The notes under the pieces: model-generated
The model's database searches: none
What the model was told of the DNA's origin: nothing
The model's input: the letters and a program-made list of their open reading frames with translations, nothing else
Translations under genes and position numbers: made by a program
IMG/VR virus record: IMGVR_UViG_2778261222_000005
From: a virus
Lineage: Duplodnaviria > Heunggongvirae > Uroviricota > Caudoviricetes
Strand: one strand, 5' to 3'
DNA: 32,502 bases
Part shown: positions 16,304 through 24,607 of the stretch, in pieces
How the letters are laid out: the number at the start of each line of letters is the position of its first letter
Position numbering within the stretch: the first letter of the stretch is position 1

Positions 16304-17456
16304 CGATGTTGACCTGGGTTATGCGTACACCCTGAAGCCGGAAGAAGCGATTAAGTATTTCGAAAGCAAGGGATACGTCATCGGCTTCCGTTGGCACGAT
16401 GTGAAGGACATCGCACACGCCCGGGCGTTCACGGTGGCGGGCGTGCTGAAACTGGATGTTCTGAAGGATATCCGTGATGGCCTGACGGCGGCACTGGCTG
16501 ACGGCGGGACGTTCCGGGAGTTTGCCGCACAATTGGAGCCGCTGCTGGAGAAAAAAGGCTGGCTGGGTAAGCGGCTGATTGTGGACGAGGACACCGGCGA
16601 ACTGTACGGCAGACAACTGACGCCGCGCCGGTTGCGCACGATATTTGATACCAACATTCAGTCGTCATATAACGCCGGGCGTTATCAGCAACAGATGGCG
16701 AACGTGGCTGACCGGCCTTATTTTGAGCGCGTGGCGGTGATGGACCTTCACACACGCCCGAAACACGCCGCCCTGAACGGCTTTACCGCCCGGGCGGATG
16801 ACCCTGTCTGGGAGTATTTCTACGCGCCGGACGGATACGGATGCCGCTGCCGTATCCGGGCGCGTTCGGCGTCGGATGTGGAGAAATATGGCCTGACGGT
16901 ACAGAGCAGCGAGGGGCGACTGGTTGAGGTTGAGCAGGAATATGGCCAGCCGGGCCAGACCATCAGAACAATGGGGCTGAAGATGCCGGACGGCTCCGTG
17001 TATACCGCCGACCCGGGCTTCGGTTTTAACCCCGGCAAAGTGGCATGGCAACCGGAACTGGAAAAATACGATTACCGCAGCGCTCGCCAGTATGTCACCG
17101 GCACTCTGACCGGACCGGATTTTGCCCGGGGGCTGGCGAACGTCAGCGAACTGGATGCGCGCCAGCGATATCCGCTGGCCATCCGTTCACCGGAACAGGG
17201 CGCCGCCACGGGTGCTGCACGGCAGACGGTAAACCTTACGGCTGACGTCATGAAGCGCCTCAGTGCGGCAGACACGCCCCCGACCGCCGCCGACTATGTG
17301 CTGATGCAGCAGACCGTCGAACGGGCGGAGCATGTCACACAGGACGGCAACGCGTGGCGGTATGCGTTACAGTCGGGCGACCGCTGGTCGGTGGTGACGG
17401 TTGAGGATGACGCGCTGACAGACTGGGTTATGCATGATACCCCGGAGGCATCATGA
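16290..17456 (+). CDS. head morphogenesis protein (Mu F / gp30-like)
   Basis: 388-aa ORF overlapping the portal end by 14 nt; assigned by position and size, sequence features recalled for the Mu F family. Confidence 0.75.
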   Translation: MPTADDVDLGYAYTLKPEEAIKYFESKGYVIGFRWHDVKDIAHARAFTVAGVLKLDVLKDIRDGLTAALADGGTFREFAAQLEPLLEKKGWLGKRLIVDEDTGELYGRQLTPRRLRTIFDTNIQSSYNAGRYQQQMANVADRPYFERVAVMDLHTRPKHAALNGFTARADDPVWEYFYAPDGYGCRCRIRARSASDVEKYGLTVQSSEGRLVEVEQEYGQPGQTIRTMGLKMPDGSVYTADPGFGFNPGKVAWQPELEKYDYRSARQYVTGTLTGPDFARGLANVSELDARQRYPLAIRSPEQGAATGAARQTVNLTADVMKRLSAADTPPTAADYVLMQQTVERAEHVTQDGNAWRYALQSGDRWSVVTVEDDALTDWVMHDTPEAS

Positions 17457-18004
17457 GCAACGGTAAACTGGATATTAAGATTGATTTAAGCGCGTATAAC
17501 ACCACGCTGGGGAAACTGATTCGTTCCGTGAAGGACAGGCGCGACCTGATGACGGCGCTTGCTGGCTCCATGCAGGATGCGGTTGAGACTAACTTTGAAC
17601 AACAGGGTCGCCCGAAATGGATGGGCTGGAGTCCGGCTTATGCGAAGCGACGCGGCCCCGGGCAAATCCTTCAGAAGTCCGGGCGACTGGCTGCCAGTAT
17701 CCGCTCTGCGGTTAACAATAACGAGGCCACGGTCGGGACAAACGTCCGTTATGCCCGTATCCACAACGAAGGCGGCGAAATCCGCCATCAGGCACGGACG
17801 CAGAACCTGTATTTTAAACAGTACAAAAACGGCAGCGTCAGCACCCGCTTTGTGAAAAAGCGCAACAGTAATTTTGTGCAGAGTGCAACGGTCGGAGCGT
17901 ATACGGTCAACATGCCCGCGCGCCCCTTCCTTCAGCTTGTGCAGGATGACATCGACGAGCTGGAGAACACCGCAAACCGCTATTTTGCGCGTGTGATTGA
18001 CTGA
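17453..18004 (+). CDS. virion morphogenesis protein (Mu G-like)
   Basis: 183-aa ORF overlapping the upstream stop (ATGA); last gene before the central intergenic region, as for Mu G. Confidence 0.7.
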   Translation: MSNGKLDIKIDLSAYNTTLGKLIRSVKDRRDLMTALAGSMQDAVETNFEQQGRPKWMGWSPAYAKRRGPGQILQKSGRLAASIRSAVNNNEATVGTNVRYARIHNEGGEIRHQARTQNLYFKQYKNGSVSTRFVKKRNSNFVQSATVGAYTVNMPARPFLQLVQDDIDELENTANRYFARVID

Positions 18005-18045
18005 ATGGACACAAACGCGCTGTAATCGCCTGTGACAACATAAAC

Positions 18046-18061
18046 GCCTCATGGATGAGGC
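18046..18061. repeat. perfect 16-bp palindrome in the G-I intergenic region
   Basis: GCCTCATGGATGAGGC, 7-bp arms around GG; no U-tract follows. Confidence 0.6.
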
Positions 18062-18096
18062 ATTACAGCACTGCACCCCGTAAATGCTGTCAGAAT

Positions 18097-18121
18097 CGTT
18101 TTTAAAAGGGTTTTAAAAACG
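18097..18121. repeat. 25-bp AT-rich perfect inverted repeat in the G-I intergenic region
   Basis: CGTTTTTAAAA-GGG-TTTTAAAAACG (11-bp arms), followed by a T-rich tract GTTTTATTTCCCCTTTTATCC. Confidence 0.6.
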
Positions 18122-18157
18122 GTTTTATTTCCCCTTTTATCCTTTCCCGTTATGGCA

Positions 18158-18174
18158 GGGTGCTGAACACCCTC
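18158..18174 (+). promoter_or_regulatory. conserved late-promoter motif, copy 2 (upstream of head gene I)
   Basis: GGGTGCTGAACACCCTC; core identical to copies 1 and 3; ~45 nt upstream of the first in-frame ATG of the I-like gene. Confidence 0.5.
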
Positions 18175-18204
18175 CACAGTACCCCGTGTTCCCCTTCCGT
18201 CATC

Positions 18205-19329
18205 ATGCCGCGTATGAAGATGAACATTGCGGCATTAAGCCTCGAAATTACTAAAGCAACCCACAGCGAAATCCAGCTGTTTCCGGCGGGCGAGTTCAGC
18301 GCGGTGGATGGTCGCCCACATACCGATGAAGTCGAAAGCGGTAAATGGGTGCTGACCGCTGAACTGGCCGCGCAGCTTGTCGCACAGGTGGCAGCCCGTG
18401 CCACGCCTTTTGTCATTGATTACGAACATCAGACGCTGCGCGCCGTAAACAACGGCAAGCCCGCCCCGGCGGCGGGCTGGTTCAGCCAGGTGGAATGGCG
18501 AGAAGGTGCGGGCCTGTATGCCACCGGTGTGGAGTGGACGGATAACGCGGCGGCCATGATTGCCGCCGGTGAGTACAAGTTTATTTCCCCTGTTTTTGCC
18601 TACAACAAGCGCGGCGAAGTGCTGGAGCTGTTACACGCCGCACTGACCAATACCCCTGCGCTCGACGGTATGGATGCGGTCATGCTGGCTGCGGCCAGCC
18701 GTCTGGCGAGTCTGTCAACTGAAACGGAGACCACAACGGTGGATGAAGAACTGTTAAACGATTTGCTGTCCAGTCTGCGCTGGATGCTTAACCTCCCGGT
18801 TACCTCAACGGCGGAAGATATTAAAAGCGAGCTGCAAAAGGTCGTTGACATGATTTCGAACGGTCAGGGAACGGCGGCGGCATCCGTCAGCCTGCTGACC
18901 CTGCTGAATCAGAAAGACGAGCAAATCGCCAGTCTGTCAGCAAATGCCTATGACCCGACGAAGCATATCCCTCTGACAGCATATGAAGAACTTCAGGGAC
19001 GTTATGCCGTACTGGCGCAACAGTCCGGTGAGGCCGAAGCCGGGGCACTGATTCAGGCGGCGCTGTCTGACGGGCGACTGCTTCCGGCCCAGGAAGACTG
19101 GGCGAAAGATTACGCCAGCCGCGATATCAACGGCTTTAAGTCCTGGCTGGATAACGCACCGAAACTTGTTGCGCTCAGTCAGACCCAGACCGGCGGCAAA
19201 CCACCCAAAACGCCGTCGCCTGCCCCGGCGCAGATTAAAACCGGCGATGACGTCGATGTCGATATCGCCATTTGTTCAATGATGGGCGTCGATCCAGAGG
19301 ATGTCGCCCGTTACGCAGGAGACAAGTAA
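18205..19329 (+). CDS. head protease/scaffold protein (Mu I-like)
   Basis: ~375 aa; three in-frame ATGs at 18205, 18214 and 18220, none with a strong SD, so start is uncertain. The track's 18160 start would begin inside the conserved promoter motif. Assigned by size and position before the major head gene. Confidence 0.75.
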   Translation: MPRMKMNIAALSLEITKATHSEIQLFPAGEFSAVDGRPHTDEVESGKWVLTAELAAQLVAQVAARATPFVIDYEHQTLRAVNNGKPAPAAGWFSQVEWREGAGLYATGVEWTDNAAAMIAAGEYKFISPVFAYNKRGEVLELLHAALTNTPALDGMDAVMLAAASRLASLSTETETTTVDEELLNDLLSSLRWMLNLPVTSTAEDIKSELQKVVDMISNGQGTAAASVSLLTLLNQKDEQIASLSANAYDPTKHIPLTAYEELQGRYAVLAQQSGEAEAGALIQAALSDGRLLPAQEDWAKDYASRDINGFKSWLDNAPKLVALSQTQTGGKPPKTPSPAPAQIKTGDDVDVDIAICSMMGVDPEDVARYAGDK

Positions 19330-19725
19330 ATGGATCGCAATACCCCCTATCGTGACGGCGAACTGAACCCGGTGCCGGTTGCCGCTGCGACCGAAATTTT
19401 TGGTGGTCATATGGTGGCCGTTAACGCATCCGGTTATGCCGTTCCGGCCAGTGCCACGGCCTCACAGATTACGCTGGGCGTGTCTGATGGCTGGGTGGAT
19501 AACAGCAAGGGCAGCGATGGCGACGCCACCGTTCTGGTGCGTTGCGGCAAAGATTTTCTGATGGTGAACAGCACCTCAGACCCGGTCACGCAATCGCAGG
19601 TCGGCAAGCTGTGCTACGTGGAAGACAGCGTAACCGTGGCAAAAACCGACAACAGCAGCGCCCGTCCTGTCGCAGGGAAAGTGATCGGCATCTGTGGCGA
19701 TGGCGTCTGGGTTCATTTCAGTTAA
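19330..19725 (+). CDS. head-associated hypothetical protein (position of Mu Z)
   Basis: 131-aa ORF starting right after the I stop, AGGAG 9 nt upstream; Gly/Ser/Val-rich. Confidence 0.55.
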   Translation: MDRNTPYRDGELNPVPVAAATEIFGGHMVAVNASGYAVPASATASQITLGVSDGWVDNSKGSDGDATVLVRCGKDFLMVNSTSDPVTQSQVGKLCYVEDSVTVAKTDNSSARPVAGKVIGICGDGVWVHFS

Positions 19726-19735
19726 GGAGCAAAAC

Positions 19736-20644
19736 GTGTTAGTCAACGTTAAAAACGTCAAACAGATTTTTATCAATCTGAAGGCCACCTTCCAGAAAGC
19801 CTTCGACCAGTCACCAACTGACTGGCAGAAGGTGGCAATGGAAGTGCCATCAAACGGCAAGGAAAACGACTACAGCTGGTTAAGTCGTTTCCCGAAAATG
19901 CGCGAGTGGATTGGTGACAAGGTCGTTAAATCACTGGCGGCATTTAACTACACCATCCGTAACAAGGACTGGGAAGCCACGGTTGAAGTCGATCGTAACG
20001 ACATCGAGGACGACCAGATTATGGGCTATGCCCTTCAGGCGAAAGGAGCCGGACAGTCGGCAGCAGAGCTACCGGCAGATATTGTGGCGTCCCTTATCAG
20101 TAACGGTTTTACCAATCCCTGTTACGACGGTCAGATGTTCTTTGATACCGACCACCTGGTCGCCGGTAAATCGGTGTCCAACAAAGGCACCAAAAAACTC
20201 AAAGTTGGCTCGCTTGCCGAGGCGAAAGCCTCTTACGGTGCCGCCCGTACGGCCATGCGTAGTCTGAAAGATGACGAAGGCGCATCCCTCAAAATTCGCC
20301 CGAATCTGCTGGTTGTGCCACCGGCGCTGGAGGATGACGCGAACTACCTGATGACCGCCGAGAAGTTCCCGGACGGCACGCCGAACCCGTACCGCAATAC
20401 CGCCGAAGTGCTGGTGATGCCGGAGCTGGCATCGGATTCTGCGTGGTTCCTGTTTGACACCACCAAACCGGTGAAACCGCTGATTTATCAGCTGCGTAAA
20501 AAGCCTGTTTTTGTGGAGCAGACGGACTACAACAGCGACAACGTGTTCAAGCGTAAGAAGTTCCTGTTTGGTGCCGAAGCGCGCTGTAACGGCGGTTACG
20601 GCTTCTGGCAGATGGCATTTGGTTCTGATGGTACGACGGAGTAA
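19736..20644 (+). CDS. major head subunit (Mu T-like)
   Basis: GTG at 19736 with AAGGAG RBS (track ORF 19694..20644 is the same frame with an earlier start); ~302 aa, size and position of the Mu major capsid protein. Confidence 0.8.
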   Translation: MLVNVKNVKQIFINLKATFQKAFDQSPTDWQKVAMEVPSNGKENDYSWLSRFPKMREWIGDKVVKSLAAFNYTIRNKDWEATVEVDRNDIEDDQIMGYALQAKGAGQSAAELPADIVASLISNGFTNPCYDGQMFFDTDHLVAGKSVSNKGTKKLKVGSLAEAKASYGAARTAMRSLKDDEGASLKIRPNLLVVPPALEDDANYLMTAEKFPDGTPNPYRNTAEVLVMPELASDSAWFLFDTTKPVKPLIYQLRKKPVFVEQTDYNSDNVFKRKKFLFGAEARCNGGYGFWQMAFGSDGTTE

Positions 20645-20647
20645 TGC

Positions 20648-20980
20648 ATGGAAAAGGTGATTGAAATTACCGCCCGCCGTGAGGGTTTTCGCCGCTGCGG
20701 TGTGGCACACAGCGCAACCACGAAGGCATGGCCTGCGGATGCGTTCACCCCGGAACAGCTGGCGGTGCTGAAGGCTGACCCCATGCTGATTGTGGTGGAG
20801 CGCGATAAAGCATCCGGCCAGAACGACGCAGCCCGGGGGGATGAACTGGCCGCACAGCTGGATGCCGAGCGTCAGAAAGTCAGCGAACTGACGGCGCAGT
20901 TGGAAGAAGAACGCCGGAAGGTCCAGGACCTGACTGCGGAGCTTAAAGCGGCGAAGAAAGCGGACAAGAAGGAGAAGTAA
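20648..20980 (+). CDS. hypothetical head-region protein with charged coiled-coil tail
   Basis: 110-aa ORF; C-terminal ELAAQLDAERQKVSELTAQLEEERRKVQDLTAELKAAKKADKKEK. Confidence 0.55.
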   Translation: MEKVIEITARREGFRRCGVAHSATTKAWPADAFTPEQLAVLKADPMLIVVERDKASGQNDAARGDELAAQLDAERQKVSELTAQLEEERRKVQDLTAELKAAKKADKKEK

Positions 20981-20983
20981 CCC

Positions 20984-21415
20984 ATGTCTTACGCCACACC
21001 GGAACAGTTCATCAGGGCGTTCAGTGAACGCGAGGCGTGCACACTGACGGATGAAGAGATGACCGGGCTTATCAACGAGGAAAAGCTGGCCTCCGCGCTT
21101 GCGCGTGCCAGTGCCCAGATTGATGGCTATCTGGTGGGGCGTTACCGGACCCCGTGGCCTGACAGCCCGGGGATTCTGGTGGGTTACTGCTGCGATATCG
21201 CCCGTTATCACCTGGCGACCGATTACCGTATCTGCTCAGAAGAAATTCAGATGCGCTACCGGGACGCCATCCGCTTTCTGGAGAAAGTCGCGGCAGGACA
21301 AATCAACCTCGGGCGGGATACGTCCGGCAGCGTGATCCAGTCATCGTCACAGGTGCGTATCCGCTCCGGCTCCCGTCAGTTCGGGCGTGAGTCCACGCGG
21401 GGAGGTGCATTCTGA
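20984..21415 (+). CDS. Mu gp36-like protein (DUF1320-type)
   Basis: 143-aa ORF in the head-tail joining region; family recalled from Mu-like annotations. Confidence 0.65.
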   Translation: MSYATPEQFIRAFSEREACTLTDEEMTGLINEEKLASALARASAQIDGYLVGRYRTPWPDSPGILVGYCCDIARYHLATDYRICSEEIQMRYRDAIRFLEKVAAGQINLGRDTSGSVIQSSSQVRIRSGSRQFGRESTRGGAF

Positions 21416-21468
21416 TTACTGAAATTGAACGGGCGCTGGTTGAACGTCTGCGTTGTGGTCTGGGGAAA

Positions 21469-22050
21469 ATGGTACGGGAAGTCCGCACCTATGCCGGTGA
21501 ACTGGATGAAGACCCGGGCCGGATTGTTCGCAGCCTTCCGGCAGCCTGGGTGACGTTCGGCGGCATCGCGAAAACCGAACGCTATTCCACGTCACGCCAG
21601 AAATACATCGCCACCGGACGCTTTGTGGTTGTGGTGGGTGATTACAACACCCGCAGCGAGCAGAGCGCCAGACAGGGAGGCACCGTCCGGGATGAGGTCG
21701 GTACAAACCTGCTGGTTGAATCCGTCCGTCGCCTGCTGACCGGTCAGGATTTGGGGCTGGAGATTGATTATTTCGAACCCGGGCGTGTCAGGACGCTGTT
21801 TAACACCGGCGTGGCAGAGCGGGCAATGTCCGTGTTTGCCTGTGAGTTTGATACCCGCTGGGTGGAGCACGCGCTGGAGAACGGCAAATGGCCGGAGCGC
21901 GGTGCAGAAGCGGATATGGCTTTCAACCGTTACCACGGCCGTCTGTCAGATCCCGACCCGAATTTACTGCGAATTGGTACGCAATACGGCGCAGATATCT
22001 GTGGTCTGGATGAATTAAGAGAGCAACAGCATGAACAAAATGAAGGTTAA
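21469..22050 (+). CDS. Mu gp37-like protein (DUF1834-type); start uncertain
   Basis: First ATG at 21469, but the frame is open from 21415 (ITEIERALVERLRCGLGK precedes the Met) with no canonical start there; true start may be non-canonical. Confidence 0.6.
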   Translation: MVREVRTYAGELDEDPGRIVRSLPAAWVTFGGIAKTERYSTSRQKYIATGRFVVVVGDYNTRSEQSARQGGTVRDEVGTNLLVESVRRLLTGQDLGLEIDYFEPGRVRTLFNTGVAERAMSVFACEFDTRWVEHALENGKWPERGAEADMAFNRYHGRLSDPDPNLLRIGTQYGADICGLDELREQQHEQNEG

Positions 22051-22264
22051 GGCGGCTCCCGGGATGAAGTTCCCGATGGAGGATAACGCCCGGAAATACA
22101 TCACCACGAAAGCGGTGATCGTTGAAAACACCGCTTATTACCGGCGCGCTGTTCAGGATGGTGACCTGATTCTGGTGGCTGAAGAGCCTGAAACGGCAGA
22201 ACAGGACACCGGACCAGAAAAAGCGAAGGCGAAGAAAGAGAAACAGGTGGGCTCCGATGAGTGA
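22031..22264 (+). CDS. Mu gp38-like small protein (DUF2635-type)
   Basis: 77-aa ORF overlapping both neighbours; lysine-rich C-terminus. Confidence 0.5.
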   Translation: MNKMKVKAAPGMKFPMEDNARKYITTKAVIVENTAYYRRAVQDGDLILVAEEPETAEQDTGPEKAKAKKEKQVGSDE

Positions 22265-23678
22265 AATTCAGTTTGACACCATTTCGGGCAGTATCCGTAA
22301 GCCCGGTGTGCATTTTGAGTTCAATACCCGGCTGGCCGTTAACACGTTGCCGGGTAACGAACAGCGTGTTCTGGTGATTGGCCCGATGCTGCCTGATGGC
22401 ACCGCCACCCCCCTGAATGCGGTTTCCGTGTATTCCGAAGACGAAGCGGATTTGTATTTCGGGGCCGGTTCACTGGCCGCAGCAATGGCGCGCGCGGCCA
22501 TTAACGCCAACAGCTATCTGCAACTGGATGTTATCGGTATTGCAGACGGTGGTGCAGGAAAAGCGGCAACAGGCGCAGTTAAAGTCACCGGCACTGCAAC
22601 CAGCAGCGGTACGCTGTCGGTATGGATTGCTGGCGAGCAGATCGCCATTAATGTGGACGTCGGGGATGAACCGTCGAAAATCATTCCGGCACTGGTGACG
22701 GCAATGACGCAGACGCCATCGCTTCTGGTCACGGGGGAATACAAATCTGACACCTCTCAACTGACAGTGACCGCCCGGACCAAAGGTACCTGGGGGAATG
22801 ATATCACCCTGTCGGTATCCACCACTGCAACCGGCCTTGTAGTGGCTACCACGCCGATGGCGAGCGGCGAAATGGACCCGGATATTCAGCCCGCACTGGA
22901 TGCGGTCTTTGCTGCCGGTCACAACATTCTGATTTGTCCGTTCAGTACCACACCAGCCCTTGCCGCCCTGAAGCAGCACCTGGAGAAAACCGGGAACGCG
23001 ATGGAACAGCGTGGCGCGATTGGTTGTGCGGGCTGGACAGGTAGTCTGGGAAACGGGATCACCCTTGCAGCCGGTGTGAACAGCGGGCGCGTGTCTGTCC
23101 CCTGGTATCGTGGTTCTGTGATGCTTCCTGCCGTGCTGGCCGCCATCTACGGCGCAGTAATGGCGAGCGAAGAAGACCCGGCACGCCCGCTGAACTCGCT
23201 GGCGCTGTCCGGGCTGGATGTGGTCGCCATGTCACAGCGCGAAAGTCGTAACGAGCAGGAAAGCGCCCTGCATAACGGCCTGACACCGGTTGAGGTTGGA
23301 CCGGGTAATACGGTGCAGATTGTGCGTGCGGTCAGTACCTACACGGTGAACGCTCAGGGTGTGGCTGATGTCTCGTTACTGGATATCACGTCCATCAGAA
23401 CACTGGACTACACCCGCAAGGCGTGCCGCGAACGTATCAGCCTTCGCTTCCCGCGTGAAAAACTCAGCACCCGAACCATCGCAAAAGTGGAAAGCGAACT
23501 GTATGACGTGCTGCTCAAGCTGGAGGAGTCTGAAATTCTGGAGAATGTGGAAGCGAATAAGGCAAAACTGCGCGTTCAGCGAAACGGGAAAGATGCAAAT
23601 CGCCTGGACTGCGCGATCCCTGCCGACGTGGTTAACGGCCTGCATGTGTTTGCCGGTCGCATCGACATGATTTTGTAA
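22257..23678 (+). CDS. contractile tail sheath protein (Mu L-like)
   Basis: 473-aa ORF immediately upstream of a ~124-aa tube-sized ORF; typical sheath size. Confidence 0.8.
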   Translation: MSEIQFDTISGSIRKPGVHFEFNTRLAVNTLPGNEQRVLVIGPMLPDGTATPLNAVSVYSEDEADLYFGAGSLAAAMARAAINANSYLQLDVIGIADGGAGKAATGAVKVTGTATSSGTLSVWIAGEQIAINVDVGDEPSKIIPALVTAMTQTPSLLVTGEYKSDTSQLTVTARTKGTWGNDITLSVSTTATGLVVATTPMASGEMDPDIQPALDAVFAAGHNILICPFSTTPALAALKQHLEKTGNAMEQRGAIGCAGWTGSLGNGITLAAGVNSGRVSVPWYRGSVMLPAVLAAIYGAVMASEEDPARPLNSLALSGLDVVAMSQRESRNEQESALHNGLTPVEVGPGNTVQIVRAVSTYTVNAQGVADVSLLDITSIRTLDYTRKACRERISLRFPREKLSTRTIAKVESELYDVLLKLEESEILENVEANKAKLRVQRNGKDANRLDCAIPADVVNGLHVFAGRIDMIL

Positions 23679-23690
23679 GGAGCCTGATAA

Positions 23691-24065
23691 ATGTCCCTGA
23701 AAGAATATATCGGCTCGATTGTGTTGGAAATTGACAGCCAGGAAATCGAGATCACCGACCTTGATGTTCAGATCAACACCGGGCGAAAGCTGGTCAAGAC
23801 CATGAACAAAACCGGCAGGGCTAAAGGCTTTGCCCGTGGCATTGCCACCTACGAACTGTCCGTTTCGGCGGTTATTCCTGATACCAACGAGCCGGACTGG
23901 GAAAATCTGGAAGGTGTGAAAATCTCGCTGTACCCGCTCAGTAACAGCGGCAAACGCACCTCTTATCTGGACTGCTTCACAACCGAAGTGGGTGAGAAAT
24001 ACACCGTCGATAATGAAGCGAAAATTGATATCAAAATGGCTGCACTCAGGAAGGTGGAAGGATGA
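23691..24065 (+). CDS. tail tube protein (Mu M-like)
   Basis: 124-aa ORF between sheath and chaperone/tape-measure genes. Confidence 0.75.
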   Translation: MSLKEYIGSIVLEIDSQEIEITDLDVQINTGRKLVKTMNKTGRAKGFARGIATYELSVSAVIPDTNEPDWENLEGVKISLYPLSNSGKRTSYLDCFTTEVGEKYTVDNEAKIDIKMAALRKVEG

Positions 24066-24445
24066 CGATTATCGCTACACAGACCGGCGAACTGTCAGAT
24101 GGACTGGTTTTTAACGGCACCATTCATAAAAACTTTGAGCTGCGTCTGCCGGTCATGCGTGATAACGGGCAGGCGCTGGAAGAAACTGAAGAACGCTTTC
24201 AGACAGTGGACGGCTTCGCGGCGGATTATTACTACCGCTGTGCGGTAATGGCGGCAACGCTGGTCCGTCTGGGGGATATTCCGCAGGAAGAACTGACGGC
24301 GGAGCTGTTGCACGACAACATGACGCCGGAAGATTTTAATATTCTGCTGGCATCACGCAACGTCCTGAAGGTAAAGCGGAGCGGCGGGAATCCCGGCTCG
24401 CCGGACTCCGGCTCGCAGTCCTTATCCTCGGGCGCTACGGAATAA
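24062..24445 (+). CDS. tail assembly chaperone (Mu gp41-like)
   Basis: 127-aa acidic protein directly upstream of the tape-measure gene; an overlapping -1 frame stays open through its 3' end (see finding). Confidence 0.6.
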   Translation: MTIIATQTGELSDGLVFNGTIHKNFELRLPVMRDNGQALEETEERFQTVDGFAADYYYRCAVMAATLVRLGDIPQEELTAELLHDNMTPEDFNILLASRNVLKVKRSGGNPGSPDSGSQSLSSGATE

Positions 24446-24607
24446 CCGAAGAACAAATCATGACCATGAGCCGTCCCGAGCTGGACGGCTGGCTTGCCGC
24501 CGTTGACAGGCTGAACGGCGGCGGCTCAGGAAGAAAGGACACCTCACAGACCACCCGCCAGTCATTTAAATCCCTCAGAAAGAAACGCAGAAAAGGTAAA
24601 CAGAAAA

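Noticed and set aside
16431-16450. Near-match GTGCTGAAACTGG to the late-promoter core, inside the F-like gene
   Set aside because: Differs from the conserved core at several positions and lies inside a coding region, where it encodes part of AGVLKLD; considered chance similarity.
20069-21211. 380-aa minus-strand ORF antisense to the major head and gp36-like genes
   Set aside because: Arg/Gly/Pro-rich low-complexity translation typical of an open antisense frame in GC-rich coding DNA; no RBS; the plus-strand genes have coherent family-like sequences and coupled starts.
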